Of a DNA stretch of 58,310 bases, positions 39,312 through 49,072 are shown one piece after another. Source of the stretch: an uncultured virus (IMG/VR IMGVR_UViG_2061766007_003026) (lineage: Duplodnaviria; Heunggongvirae; Uroviricota; Caudoviricetes); the IMG/VR virus record IMGVR_UViG_2061766007_003026; one strand, given 5' to 3'. The translations under genes and the position numbers were made by a program. The notes under the pieces were generated by a model that saw nothing but the letters and a program-made list of their open reading frames with translations, did not search any database and had not been told where the DNA came from. Position 1 is the first letter of the stretch. Each line of letters opens with the position of its first letter.

Positions 39312-39395
39312 TTTCCCCGCTCCCCCGGGGCTTGACACCTTAAGCCACAACACACCGGGGGAGCGTTTTATTTTTTGATTTTTCCCGAGGACACC

Positions 39396-39791
39396 ATGAA
39401 GAAAGACACGCTCGAAAAGTTTGCCGCCCTTATTGCCGCGCTCTCCGCCGAACGCGAAGCCGACGGCTCGTTCCCCCGCACCATCGCCCCGGACGTGGCT
39501 GAGCAGGTGAAGGACATCGAATCATTGTACTATGGCCTGCTTGACCGCATGGCCTTCTACCACGTCGACAAGGACGGTAACCCCATCTACCTCAAGAACC
39601 GTACCGCCGCGGCCTACCGGAAAACCGTAGATGCCGTCAGGGCTAACGAGGGTGATACCGGGAATGCTCCGGACAAGTGGTACAACGTACTTACCAACAA
39701 CCCCGCAGGTACCCTGGACGGGGTGCTCAATATCGAGAAGAGTATACAGAAGAAGGTATGCGAGAACCGGCCTAGCGCCGAGCCGACATAA
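39396..39791 (+). CDS. hypothetical protein
   Basis: GAGG RBS. Confidence 0.75.
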   Translation: MKKDTLEKFAALIAALSAEREADGSFPRTIAPDVAEQVKDIESLYYGLLDRMAFYHVDKDGNPIYLKNRTAAAYRKTVDAVRANEGDTGNAPDKWYNVLTNNPAGTLDGVLNIEKSIQKKVCENRPSAEPT

Positions 39792-39851
39792 CGNNNNNNN
39801 NNNNNNNNNNNNNNNNNNNNNNNNNNNNNNNNNNNNTAATTTTTTGTCCAG

Positions 39852-40805
39852 TTACTTCTTGGAGCGACGGTAGCAGGATTCGCAAATCATCACGATATCC
39901 TTGTCGCTGAACTTGCTGGAGTCGCCATAGACGCTCTCGAACGCGGCGCGTAGACCCTTGCCGTTGGCGGAAGCCACGAGTGCGGCATATTCCGGATGAG
40001 AAGCGAACCAGTCCTCGGAAGCGTCAAACGCATTGTCGGCCTCAGCACCGGTCTGCGTGGCGGAAGCCGGCTTCTCGGCGGAGTTGAACTTCTCGGAAGC
40101 GTTGGTAGCGGCATTCGCGTTCACGTCGGTATCGGTGGCACCGACGGACTGGGAGGCATCCCACTTGCGTTCGGTGGACTTTGTGTCAAGCGCATCGCGC
40201 TTCTCCTGTGCCTTGGCAGCCATGGCGCGTTCAGTAGCTTCCTTGGCCTCGTTGGCCCTGGTCTGTTCCTGCTCGTTTGCATAGGCGAGAGCGTCACCCA
40301 TCTCCTTCTTCTGCTTCTCGACGGCAGCTGCATCCTGTGCGGCGTATTCCTTGAGCTTGGCCTTCTTGGTGGCCTCGGCTCCCTTGCGGACCTCGGCGGC
40401 CGTATTGAACGCCGTGTCGGTGTTCATTGCACGCTCGATGGTCGGTTTGAGCCTACCGTCGACCCATGCATCCACGAGACCCGGGTCGTTCTCGGCGACC
40501 GTGGTAACGGTTTCTGCAGCCTGGTCGAATTCCTGGTTGGCCTTCTGGATTTTCTCGGCCTTGGCCTTGTCCTTCTGTACCATCTCGGGGGTGCGCACAG
40601 CACCCTTGTGGGCGGTATCCTTGGTGGCGAAGTCATTGCGTTCGGCAGTCTTGCCGAGCCCGCCGAACATTCGGTCGAACCACTGGCCCTCGAACTGGGC
40701 ATTCTTCTTTAGGTAGAGTTCCTTGGCTGCGAGGAAATCGGCCTTCTTGTCGACAGGGGCCTTGCTCTCGAGCAGCGTCAGGTAGTCATAGAACTTGTCT
40801 TGCAT
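39852..40805 (-). CDS. Ala/Lys/Glu-rich hypothetical protein
   Basis: long ORF, GGAG RBS, strong codon bias. Confidence 0.8.
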   Translation of the reverse strand: MQDKFYDYLTLLESKAPVDKKADFLAAKELYLKKNAQFEGQWFDRMFGGLGKTAERNDFATKDTAHKGAVRTPEMVQKDKAKAEKIQKANQEFDQAAETVTTVAENDPGLVDAWVDGRLKPTIERAMNTDTAFNTAAEVRKGAEATKKAKLKEYAAQDAAAVEKQKKEMGDALAYANEQEQTRANEAKEATERAMAAKAQEKRDALDTKSTERKWDASQSVGATDTDVNANAATNASEKFNSAEKPASATQTGAEADNAFDASEDWFASHPEYAALVASANGKGLRAAFESVYGDSSKFSDKDIVMICESCYRRSKK

Positions 40806-40859
40806 TTGGAGACTCCGGGTTAAGTTTTAATCATGATTACCCGTAGTTTATATTCCAAG

Positions 40860-41327
40860 CTACATCTTCTCGCCGGTCCTCTCCCGGTACTTCCTGGAAA
40901 TGCGCGACAGCATCGACCTGTTGATGCCGGTCTTCTTGACGATATCCCTGTATTTCATGCCCTTCCTGCGGAGCCTGAGGACCTTCTCCTCCATCTTGAG
41001 CTCGTTCTTCTCCCGGATAGCCCTCTTTGTATCCTTGGTGCATATCCCGTCGCCATAGGCGGCTATCTCGGCCCCGATAAGCCATCCCCTGCTCAGGCAG
41101 GAAGACTGCGACCTGCCGGGAGGCATCTTACCCTTCCTGAGCATGCTGTCCTCCTTCCGGGTCCACCTGGGAATATCCAGGGGTTCCGGGTGCCAGGCGA
41201 ATCCGAGTTCTCTTGCCTTTAGCCGGCAGGTGCCCACGCTGCGGCCTTCCGGCTGCCCGCCTTCCCTGAGCAATCGGATTTCGTCGTCCGTCCAGCGCTT
41301 CTTAGGAATCTTCACATATATGGCCAT
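40860..41327 (-). CDS. DNA-binding protein with Myb-like WT..E repeats and a C-terminal HTH (start reassigned)
   Basis: WTDDEIRLL, WTRKEDSML, LRRKGMKYRDIVKKTGINRSMLSRI. Confidence 0.7.
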   Translation of the reverse strand: MAIYVKIPKKRWTDDEIRLLREGGQPEGRSVGTCRLKARELGFAWHPEPLDIPRWTRKEDSMLRKGKMPPGRSQSSCLSRGWLIGAEIAAYGDGICTKDTKRAIREKNELKMEEKVLRLRRKGMKYRDIVKKTGINRSMLSRISRKYRERTGEKM

Positions 41328-41995
41328 TACTCGTCCTCCTTTCCTTCTACCATGTCCACCACCTCGAACGTGTCCCCGAACTCGATTTCCGTATCCACCC
41401 TCTCGAGCTGGTCGAGCGAGGCACAGTCGAACTTGACCTCGACGAACGTCAGGATGCCGTCCTTGTCCAGGTGCTCGAGGAACCTTAGGAGGTTCTTCCT
41501 GCCGTCTGAATCGAAGCAGTTGACCGGGATGCGCATCGTTGCGCCATCGTGGGAGAACCGGTGGTCCTCCATACCGTCCATGTGGACGAAATGCTTGAAC
41601 TTTTCCCTGACCACGGTTCGCACCGAATTGATAAGCGACGGTTGCTCGTTCCTGGTGGACAGGAACATGTCGCCCTTCGCACGCTTGAAGAAATGGGAAA
41701 TCGGGTTTGCATCCGGCAGGTCGTTGAGCATGCGGGTTGCATCGAGCGGCTCGACGATAATCTTGACGTACGGGTCCGGGTCGGGAGTGTTGGTCCCGTC
41801 CTTGTAACTGATGACCAGCGTGTCGATATTCCGTTCGGTGCCTGTGCATTCCCGGAGCGGCATGTCGGACTTGCCGTCAGTGAAGGTCACCCACGTGCTA
41901 TAACGGGATTCGGGGAATTCCTTGAGGATGGTATCGATGTCGTACTGGGTTACCCACTTGTGGCCGAATACTCCGGCGATGTTCTTGTAAGCCAT
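41327..41995 (-). CDS. hypothetical protein
   Basis: AAGGAG RBS. Confidence 0.8.
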   Translation of the reverse strand: MAYKNIAGVFGHKWVTQYDIDTILKEFPESRYSTWVTFTDGKSDMPLRECTGTERNIDTLVISYKDGTNTPDPDPYVKIIVEPLDATRMLNDLPDANPISHFFKRAKGDMFLSTRNEQPSLINSVRTVVREKFKHFVHMDGMEDHRFSHDGATMRIPVNCFDSDGRKNLLRFLEHLDKDGILTFVEVKFDCASLDQLERVDTEIEFGDTFEVVDMVEGKEDE

Positions 41996-42018
41996 GGTGA
42001 ACTCCTTTGTCGTGGACG

Positions 42019-42678
42019 TTAAGGGTTTCGAGGCATAATGTTGATGGAGAATGCCTCGTCAAACGAGATGACCTTTCCGTTCCTATTAACCGGAGGAAAG
42101 GGTTCAAATGCCTCGGGGACGTATGTTTCCGTCCCGAACCGTACCGCCCGGTCATATGCTCTATACCAGAACGGTGCATAACCATCATCAGGGCGGCCGT
42201 ATCTTCGGCCTAGCAGAATTGACAGGTGTCTTTGCTTGTATTCATCCTGCAGTCGTTCCATTAACCACGCGCTCATCATCCCGACGGCATAATGCACTGT
42301 GATGCGGCGAATCATGCTCTCGTAATCTTCTTGGGTTTGACCGGGTTCCAACCCATCAGGTTCACAGTCCCAGTCTACCCACGCATGCTTTCCGGCAAAC
42401 CACCGGCGCAAGTATCCGTTTTTTAGCGGCGTCACGACCAAGTCAACCACCAATTCTTCCCTGGTCTTTCCCTCCGGGGCATCCGCTGCAAATGTCAGTT
42501 CATCGAGACTGAGTTCTACCCAGTTAGGGTATTCTCCTTTCCCTCGGCTGATGGCATCATGTTCGGCTTCGCTCATTTTCCATTTGGGGTAAATCAACGC
42601 GCCCCAATTCTCAGCGGCATTGGCAATATCCTTTTCGTCAATAGACGCAATGATTTCATCCAGGGTCTTGTTAATCAT
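42019..42678 (-). CDS. hypothetical protein
   Basis: GAGG RBS and upstream promoter motif. Confidence 0.8.
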   Translation of the reverse strand: MINKTLDEIIASIDEKDIANAAENWGALIYPKWKMSEAEHDAISRGKGEYPNWVELSLDELTFAADAPEGKTREELVVDLVVTPLKNGYLRRWFAGKHAWVDWDCEPDGLEPGQTQEDYESMIRRITVHYAVGMMSAWLMERLQDEYKQRHLSILLGRRYGRPDDGYAPFWYRAYDRAVRFGTETYVPEAFEPFPPVNRNGKVISFDEAFSINIMPRNP

Positions 42679-42762
42679 GGTAAATTTTCCTCTCTATCCA
42701 AATATAGCAAAACCCCGGGAAATAATTCCCGGAGTTTATGTAAATTTAGATTTACAAACACA

Positions 42763-43635
42763 CTATTTCGGGAAATAGCGCAGGCCCTTGTAGTTGTATT
42801 CCGTGGTCTTGTAGTTCATGTTGCCGACCTCGATGATTTTTTCGACCCATTCGCTCTGCGGGACGTCGTTCTTGATGAGGACGTTCAGGTCCCGGCAAAA
42901 CTTCTTGGTTTCGGCCATGATAATCTCGTTGGGTACGCCTGGGAACCCGCAGTACCTGGCTTCCATGCTGTTGCTGATGAACATGGAGGACCAGAACCCG
43001 TAGAGGTGGGTGGCAACGGCGTAGTCGGAAGCGTGGCACCATACGGCGATTACGCGCTTGGCGTGAATCTTGTCCGCATCCTTGCGCTCGATAACGGTAC
43101 CGAACCGGTGGCTCATGTACTTAACAGTTTCTTCCTCTTCTGGCTGTTCTTCAGGGGCATCCTTAACTTCTCCGGTAAGTGCCGAGTCATCGTTCACGGG
43201 AGCAACATTTGCATTGAACTTATCGTTCACATCCGCATCTTCCGCCTCGTCATTGTCCACCATCTCGCCAATTGCACCTTCCCACGTATCGTCATCGCCG
43301 AAAAGGGCCGCGTATGCGTCGTAGATGCTGGTCTTCCCGCCGGTCTTCCTGGCCTTCTCGCCGTTCGCAAAGCGCCTGCTGTCGTATCCGTAGTACTTGT
43401 ACTTCTGTACAGTCTCCGGATACGCCTCGTAACCGAGCAGCCCGTACGGAGTCCCGTGGCCGCACATGATGAGCGTATCGTCCTCCGCCTCGATGGCCTT
43501 CAGGATGTCGTCTTTAGTGTAGTTGGAATGGTCGGTGAGCTGGAGCACCTTGACATCCGACAGGTCCTTCCACATGAGCGGAAGGCAGGAGCAGTCCGCG
43601 TCGCCGGCATCGGAGAAAATAACTGTTACTGACAT
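42763..43635 (-). CDS. hypothetical protein with acidic insert
   Basis: long ORF, AGAGGA RBS. Confidence 0.8.
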   Translation of the reverse strand: MSVTVIFSDAGDADCSCLPLMWKDLSDVKVLQLTDHSNYTKDDILKAIEAEDDTLIMCGHGTPYGLLGYEAYPETVQKYKYYGYDSRRFANGEKARKTGGKTSIYDAYAALFGDDDTWEGAIGEMVDNDEAEDADVNDKFNANVAPVNDDSALTGEVKDAPEEQPEEEETVKYMSHRFGTVIERKDADKIHAKRVIAVWCHASDYAVATHLYGFWSSMFISNSMEARYCGFPGVPNEIIMAETKKFCRDLNVLIKNDVPQSEWVEKIIEVGNMNYKTTEYNYKGLRYFPK

Positions 43636-43716
43636 AGAATCGTCCTCTTTCCGGAGTTTATGCAAAAAAGACGGCCGTTACGGCCGTCTTTTTCGTTTAT
43701 CAGCCCTGAATAGCAA

Positions 43717-43965
43717 TTAGCATTCGCGGCGGTCGCATGCGGTCTCGCAGTCGCATGCGGTCTCGCACTTGGTCTCGCGCATGGAGTCAGTGGCAGCGTC
43801 GGCCAAATAGTCCTGGTCGATATCGACCTTGCAGTCCTTTCCGCACTTGCACGGACTCTTCCTCGTAGCCCTGTACGTCTTGGCAGCCATGCCGGCGCTT
43901 ACCAGGCCGGCCAGTGTGAGAAGCCCGGCGATGGCGTAATAGATTTTCTTTGTCTTGTTCTTCAT
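43717..43965 (-). CDS. small membrane-anchored Cys-rich protein
   Basis: AAGGAAGG RBS; TM helix; CKCGKDC and CETACDCETACD. Confidence 0.7.
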   Translation of the reverse strand: MKNKTKKIYYAIAGLLTLAGLVSAGMAAKTYRATRKSPCKCGKDCKVDIDQDYLADAATDSMRETKCETACDCETACDRREC

Positions 43966-44036
43966 GGTTAACCTTCCTTGGATGGTGTTTTCGAAACTCC
44001 AGTACCAAATATAGCAAATTCCGCCGGTACCGGCAA

Positions 44037-44348
44037 CTACAGCAGGTCGATGTTGTCGTTCAGCGTGGCGTCCATCGCCTTCTCCGAGAGACCTTCGGCG
44101 GACTTTCCGTCCATCACCCTGGCTAGTGCCCCGTGCAGGGCATCGTTCGCCTCCCGGGAAACCTTGACCCTCCCGGAGTCGAGCAGGGTACACCCGGCGA
44201 TTACCTTAACCTCGGTGGACACGAAGTCCATGTCGAACCCCTCGCCGAGAATCGCGTTCATTATGTTGACGATTCCTGTGTCTTCCTGCTGCGTCGCCTG
44301 GTACAGTACCTCAGTGAACGCTTCTTCTACCGCTAGCATAGTTTGCAC
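44037..44348 (-). CDS. hypothetical protein
   Basis: AAGGAG RBS, GTG start. Confidence 0.65.
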   Translation of the reverse strand: MQTMLAVEEAFTEVLYQATQQEDTGIVNIMNAILGEGFDMDFVSTEVKVIAGCTLLDSGRVKVSREANDALHGALARVMDGKSAEGLSEKAMDATLNDNIDLL

Positions 44349-44601
44349 TCCTTTCTATTACCTTTGTCGACACCACCTTTCCCGGCTTTCCTATGCCGTA
44401 GGAATCCATGTTCCAGTCGTGCACCACCTCAACGAGTATGGCGCCCTCGTACGTCCTTTGTACGAACGTCAGCCGCCTGTTTCCAGATGGTCTTTCCGTG
44501 TTTGTCCTTCTTATGGCGAATCCCTTCCCGGTAAGCATCTTCTCCAGTTCCGTGTAAGGAGTTCCCTTCTTCCCTTCCAGCATCTGCTCGGTTTCTGTCA
44601 T
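44311..44601 (-). CDS. hypothetical protein
   Basis: GAGGG RBS. Confidence 0.6.
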   Translation of the reverse strand: MTETEQMLEGKKGTPYTELEKMLTGKGFAIRRTNTERPSGNRRLTFVQRTYEGAILVEVVHDWNMDSYGIGKPGKVVSTKVIERSANYASGRRSVH

Positions 44602-44818
44602 CGTTTCCCTCTTTGATTATATCTCCGAATTCTTCCAGCAAAGAAATCTTCTCCCTTGAAGCCGCCACCAGTACCGACCGGGTCATCGCCTCCGCCTCGG
44701 TAAGGTAGTCCTCGTATCCGTCATCCACCGCGGCCCTCTTGTCTCTTAGCCTGAGCGGAGTCATCCGTTCTTCAAGTTCCTTCTGCAGTTTCGCCTTTTC
44801 CTCGTCCAGCCATTTCAA
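44429..44818 (-). CDS. possible hypothetical protein (TTG start coupled to upstream TGA; long 3' overlap with next gene)
   Basis: fills the 44600-44815 gap with coding-like sequence. Confidence 0.45.
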   Translation of the reverse strand: MKWLDEEKAKLQKELEERMTPLRLRDKRAAVDDGYEDYLTEAEAMTRSVLVAASREKISLLEEFGDIIKEGNDDRNRADAGREEGNSLHGTGEDAYREGIRHKKDKHGKTIWKQAADVRTKDVRGRHTR

Positions 44819-45414
44819 AGTTCCATCAGGCTGTCCAGCTCCTTCTTCAGCTTCTGCTCGTCCTTCTCGTCTATCTGGCCCGTGATGCTGTCCGTGTACG
44901 CCACCATCACGCTTAAATCGCATAATCGCCATTTTCCCCTCTTGGCCTTGTCGTCGTATGACTCTACCTTGTAATACTTGAGTTCCCCACGGGTTATCTC
45001 CACCAGACCGTACTCGCCCTTGCCTATCAACAGACGGAGATTCCCGGCGGCATCAGGGGTGACCGTAGGCCATTTCCTTACCATGGCCTCGAGAAGGGTG
45101 ACCAGGCCGACATAGCTGCCGTACACCTTGGAACCCTTGTCGGAACCTTCCTCTATGACGTTCACCCCGCTGTAGTAGTGCTTGGACGCGTCCACCTGGG
45201 TCGAGCACGTGAACGCCACCATGTTGTCCCCCCTGGTAAGCATGCCCATGCGGTGGCCGCGCCAGTTCAGGTAGGTGTTCCACTCGTCGCCCTTGGCGGC
45301 CTCGACCGTACATACCGGCGAGATGTTGCACCACAGGTTTATCGCGGATGCGAGGAGCTTCTTGCCCTCGGCCAGTGACTGCGACTTCCTACTTGAGGTT
45401 GTTGTACCACGCAT
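44815..45414 (-). CDS. hypothetical protein (start reassigned)
   Basis: AAGGA RBS. Confidence 0.7.
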   Translation of the reverse strand: MRGTTTSSRKSQSLAEGKKLLASAINLWCNISPVCTVEAAKGDEWNTYLNWRGHRMGMLTRGDNMVAFTCSTQVDASKHYYSGVNVIEEGSDKGSKVYGSYVGLVTLLEAMVRKWPTVTPDAAGNLRLLIGKGEYGLVEITRGELKYYKVESYDDKAKRGKWRLCDLSVMVAYTDSITGQIDEKDEQKLKKELDSLMEL

Positions 45415-45670
45415 AGTATTCCTTTCCGTCCGCCGTGCGGGCAAAACTGTTGAACTCACCGTATGCCTGCTCGTACGCGCTATCCGGCGCACCAATGCTT
45501 TCAAGATATTCAAGGTAGACCTCGCGGGAAACCGTTTCCAGTTCCTTCTCGAACCCGGTACGCGTATTCTTCGGAGTATCGTAGCCCAGCTTGCCATCCA
45601 CGACGTGCATGTACCGTGCCACCTCGTGGATGCCGTCAAGCATCTGCATCATCATGTCGCCTAGTACCAT
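45389..45670 (-). CDS. hypothetical protein
   Basis: AGGTGG RBS, operon context. Confidence 0.65.
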   Translation of the reverse strand: MVLGDMMMQMLDGIHEVARYMHVVDGKLGYDTPKNTRTGFEKELETVSREVYLEYLESIGAPDSAYEQAYGEFNSFARTADGKEYYAWYNNLK

Positions 45671-45677
45671 GTTCCAC

Positions 45678-46217
45678 CTACGCGTTGTCGATTTCCAGCT
45701 CGTCAAGCTTCTCTATTTCGAACTTGGATAGACGGGCGAATCCATACGGGATGAGTCTGGAAGTGTTAAGCTCCGGTTCATCCGATGTTGAAATAGGTGC
45801 GAAGCCGGTGACGATATTGTAGCTGCTGGAAGGGTCGTTTCGTCTGCTTCGGCGCTCTACCTGGGCTAGAACCGGCACACCGAGGAAATCGCACTCGTCG
45901 AAGATACCTTCCTTGAAATATCCGTGTCTCGATAGCCATCCGTACAGCGAGGCGCTAGAGGAACACCCGGTAAGACCGCACAGCAACTTGTACAGCGGGC
46001 TCTCCTCGCAGATGCTCACGTCGAAGGGGCAGGTGGGTACGTAGCATACCCCTTCACCCTTGTGTACCTGTAACAGGAACTCCCCGCGATTGCGCTTGCA
46101 TTCCCCGTTTGATTCCTTCGGGTACACCATGGCGACGATGTGCGCCGGGTATGCACCCGGGGCGAGGTCCATCCTCGGTGTCCCTATCTTTGTAATTCTA
46201 TTAACGCTTACTGGCAT
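45678..46217 (-). CDS. hypothetical protein, possibly phage ssDNA-binding (OB-fold-like)
   Basis: LAPGAYPAHIV...FLGVPVLAQV...YNIV pattern and acidic tail. Confidence 0.55.
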   Translation of the reverse strand: MPVSVNRITKIGTPRMDLAPGAYPAHIVAMVYPKESNGECKRNRGEFLLQVHKGEGVCYVPTCPFDVSICEESPLYKLLCGLTGCSSSASLYGWLSRHGYFKEGIFDECDFLGVPVLAQVERRSRRNDPSSSYNIVTGFAPISTSDEPELNTSRLIPYGFARLSKFEIEKLDELEIDNA

Positions 46218-46227
46218 GATTAACTCC

Positions 46228-46596
46228 TTAAATGATTTTGATACGCGTGATTGTCCCTCGGAATACCGTGCCGTCCTCCCGGGACATGGTGAGGTCGACG
46301 CTGCCGCGCGCGACCTGCCTGGGTTCGGTCTTCGCCAGTTCGGTGTCGTTTCCGACGAACTTGGCCTTGGCGATGTTCAGGTCGTCCATCGCATCGCGCT
46401 TGACCTTGTAGTATGACCTCGTGATGCTGCAGCTCCCGCCTTCCTCTTCCCGTATTTCCAGGAAGTAGGCATCCTTCTGGTTCTTGATGGCGGCAAGGAG
46501 TCCGTTGAGACGGACGACCTCCTTCTTGAGGTCGTCAACCTCCTTCTTGAGGTCGTCCTTGACGAAATCCCGTCCCTTCATGGAAGTCCTGGCCAT
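46228..46596 (-). CDS. hypothetical coiled-coil protein
   Basis: DDLKKEV repeat; TAATG coupling. Confidence 0.75.
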   Translation of the reverse strand: MARTSMKGRDFVKDDLKKEVDDLKKEVVRLNGLLAAIKNQKDAYFLEIREEEGGSCSITRSYYKVKRDAMDDLNIAKAKFVGNDTELAKTEPRQVARGSVDLTMSREDGTVFRGTITRIKII

Positions 46597-47558
46597 TATG
46601 CGGCAATCCTGTTGAATTCTCGGTCGAACTCGGGATGCACGGTCCTCACGTTCGGATGTGCGATGATGTCGACCACCTCGTTGAGCGCCTTGCGGCTGTG
46701 CTGCGCGATGCCGCCGAGAAGGATGGACTGCGCCTTGTTGGCGGAGTTCCTAGTGTCATGCTGGAACGTGCCCTGGATTGCATTGTACAGGTTCCATGCG
46801 GTGAACGTCTCGACGTGCCCATTGTCGGACGAGTGGAAACGGTTCACCATACCGGTGAGCATATCCTCCCAGTGGGCATTCGGTTCCCCACCATCCGCTT
46901 CGTTTTCCTTGAACGGAAGACACCTGGCCATAACCTCGCGGACGTGGTCCATATTGACCTTGAAGTCGGCCATCCTGGAGTAGACTTCCTGGGTATGCTG
47001 GAACACGCCGTTCACCACGCGGACTGTCTCGGCGGCAATCTTGAGTCGACTCACGGCAAGCGAGTTGTGGCGGACGGAGAAGATGTTGTTCTCCTCGGCG
47101 CTCTTGATTGCCGGTGAAATCTGGTTCATGCAGAAGAAACGCAGCGGGGTGATTAGGATGCTGCAGCCCCTGCTGCCGTCATGGGAGTTGACAATGGAGA
47201 GATAGCGGCCTACCCTGTCGTCATTGCCGCCTACCGTAAGGTCGTCTCCGATTGAAATCTGCGCGTACACGCCGGCCCCGTTGCCCCAGCTGCCGACGTT
47301 CTTGAACTGCACGTCGCTCACCTGGCTGATGTCGCTGATAATCTTGAACGCATCCCTGTTCTGGATGGGATGGTACGCCTTCGTGAAGGTATGTTCGGAA
47401 ATGATTGTGCCGTTGTCGCTCCTGACCGGCGTCATCATCTTGGTCTTGTGGTATTCGCCGTCCTCACCGAGGAACGACACCGGACGCATCACCGCGTCGA
47501 AATCGAGATTCGCTTCCCTGAGTGCCGTCATGGCGGCATCGTAATTACCCTGTGGCAT
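46596..47558 (-). CDS. DUF932-family phage/plasmid protein
   Basis: YHPIQNRDAF, YLSIVNSHDGS, TPLRFFCMNQ, RH, TAWNLYNAI. Confidence 0.88.
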   Translation of the reverse strand: MPQGNYDAAMTALREANLDFDAVMRPVSFLGEDGEYHKTKMMTPVRSDNGTIISEHTFTKAYHPIQNRDAFKIISDISQVSDVQFKNVGSWGNGAGVYAQISIGDDLTVGGNDDRVGRYLSIVNSHDGSRGCSILITPLRFFCMNQISPAIKSAEENNIFSVRHNSLAVSRLKIAAETVRVVNGVFQHTQEVYSRMADFKVNMDHVREVMARCLPFKENEADGGEPNAHWEDMLTGMVNRFHSSDNGHVETFTAWNLYNAIQGTFQHDTRNSANKAQSILLGGIAQHSRKALNEVVDIIAHPNVRTVHPEFDREFNRIAA

Positions 47559-47656
47559 GGTTAACTCCTTGTTTTTAACTTTAACTGTATTGCGATTGTC
47601 TTACATCGCTTTCTCCAAATATAGCAAAAATCCGGCCATACGGCCGGATTCCTCAA

Positions 47657-48124
47657 TTAATCGTCTTTCTGCCCCATTTTTGCCAGTTTCCGGTCGGCAA
47701 GCCACAGGTACAGCTTCCATTTCCACCGGGAGAAACGACCTCCCATGTCGAATACCATGCCGCGGTCGTCTATGTACAGGTCGGCCGACACCTTCCGTCC
47801 GTACCTCATGCTCCCCTCAAGGTACTCGCCGAACACCTCGCCGACATTTCGGTTCACCGACTGGAAGAACATCCGGTTCCTTGTACAGAATTGGACCGCA
47901 TCGTTCAGGTATTCCTTGTCCGGGAAACGGATACCGCCGTAATTCTCCCGGCAGGTCCACAGGATTATCTCGTCGCCCATGCTCCTGCGCTTCTGCAGCC
48001 AGTCGCCGAGCAGCGTATTCCACCGGGTACCATCGTTTATCTCCGGCCAACTCCCGAATGCCAGCGTACCGTCGAAGTCTACGGCTATCCTGAGAGGCTT
48101 ATGCTTCCCGCTTGCCTTTACCAT
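47657..48124 (-). CDS. HAD-superfamily phosphatase (capless, phage type)
   Basis: IAVDFDGTL, IILWTCR, RK..ADLYIDDR. Confidence 0.88.
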   Translation of the reverse strand: MVKASGKHKPLRIAVDFDGTLAFGSWPEINDGTRWNTLLGDWLQKRRSMGDEIILWTCRENYGGIRFPDKEYLNDAVQFCTRNRMFFQSVNRNVGEVFGEYLEGSMRYGRKVSADLYIDDRGMVFDMGGRFSRWKWKLYLWLADRKLAKMGQKDD

Positions 48125-48638
48125 GTTTCCCCTTTCCCCTGAGCAGTGACTTCCCGGAAGCGACCTCGCTCCTACCGTGCTCGAACTCGGCAGTCTCCTT
48201 GAACGTCTCTAAAAGCTCATGCAGCGTGTCCATAGACGCCTTCCCCGTACAAATCAGGCTGGCTATGTAGTCGTGGTCTACAGTGAACAGTGCCTTCTTC
48301 TTGACCACGTAGTAGAACCGCTCGTCATCCTTGTCATATACCATCCCGAAATCGAGGCACGCCTTGGATATCGCATCCACATTGTCCTGATTGGACAGGA
48401 ATATGAACACCTTCTCGTCCATTAGAGCGGAGTTTTTCATCGCAGTAAGCTGCTGCCTTACCTGGTCAAGCGGGTATTCACCATCCTTGGTAAGCCACTG
48501 CACGGTAAACTCCATCACGAACTTCGACGGGGACGCGTAACGCATCACCGGACCGTGCTCGGTAACTTCGACGAACGTGAACCCGAGCGATTTGGCCAGG
48601 TTCACAACGCCGGCATACTTAATTGTCGGCTGAGGCAT
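48099..48638 (-). CDS. hypothetical protein
   Basis: GGAGG RBS, operon. Confidence 0.75.
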   Translation of the reverse strand: MPQPTIKYAGVVNLAKSLGFTFVEVTEHGPVMRYASPSKFVMEFTVQWLTKDGEYPLDQVRQQLTAMKNSALMDEKVFIFLSNQDNVDAISKACLDFGMVYDKDDERFYYVVKKKALFTVDHDYIASLICTGKASMDTLHELLETFKETAEFEHGRSEVASGKSLLRGKGKHGKGKREA

Positions 48639-49065
48639 GAAATTTCCTCCACAAATCCGTATCGCAGTAGAATCCGTTTATAATTACCGGGGAATACGGC
48701 TTTTCGTACGGGAGCGAGCGCTCCGTATTGAACGACATCCATTCCTCTGCCGCCGTATATAGCTGGTCATCATCCCAGTCCGGGTTATCCTCGCGGTAAT
48801 GCTCGACGAGACACTCTATGCAGAGAGACCTCTCATATACCGGGACTATGTGGCCGTACTCGTTCTCCATCGTACCCACCATCGCCCCTTCCATGCCGGT
48901 GATTCGACGGAAATCCGGCACCTCTTCCGGGTAACGCTCGTCAACTTCCTCGAGACGCTCGCGAGTCTGCGGGTCAAGGCTGGCCCTGAACTCGGCCTCG
49001 GCCTTCTTCATCTCCTCGAGTTCCTCTTCGGTCGGTTCAGTTTCCTTGTTTTTCTTAGTTTTCAT
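48619..49065 (-). CDS. hypothetical phage protein
   Basis: GAGG RBS, operon. Confidence 0.75.
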   Translation of the reverse strand: MKTKKNKETEPTEEELEEMKKAEAEFRASLDPQTRERLEEVDERYPEEVPDFRRITGMEGAMVGTMENEYGHIVPVYERSLCIECLVEHYREDNPDWDDDQLYTAAEEWMSFNTERSLPYEKPYSPVIINGFYCDTDLWRKFHASADN

Positions 49066-49072
49066 ATCTGCC

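Noticed and set aside
2875..43632. Long opposite-strand ORFs (2875-3969, 6936-8390, 20660-22141, 23061-24314, 28597-30243, 30132-31262, 36512-37669, 38493-39353, 42559-43632)
   Set aside because: Antisense shadows of real genes caused by GC-rich third positions; no RBS or motifs.
47723..48030. CCACCGGG matches at 47723 and 48020
   Set aside because: Half-sites inside a - strand CDS, lacking the CCCGGGG arm and the AGGNAAC tail.
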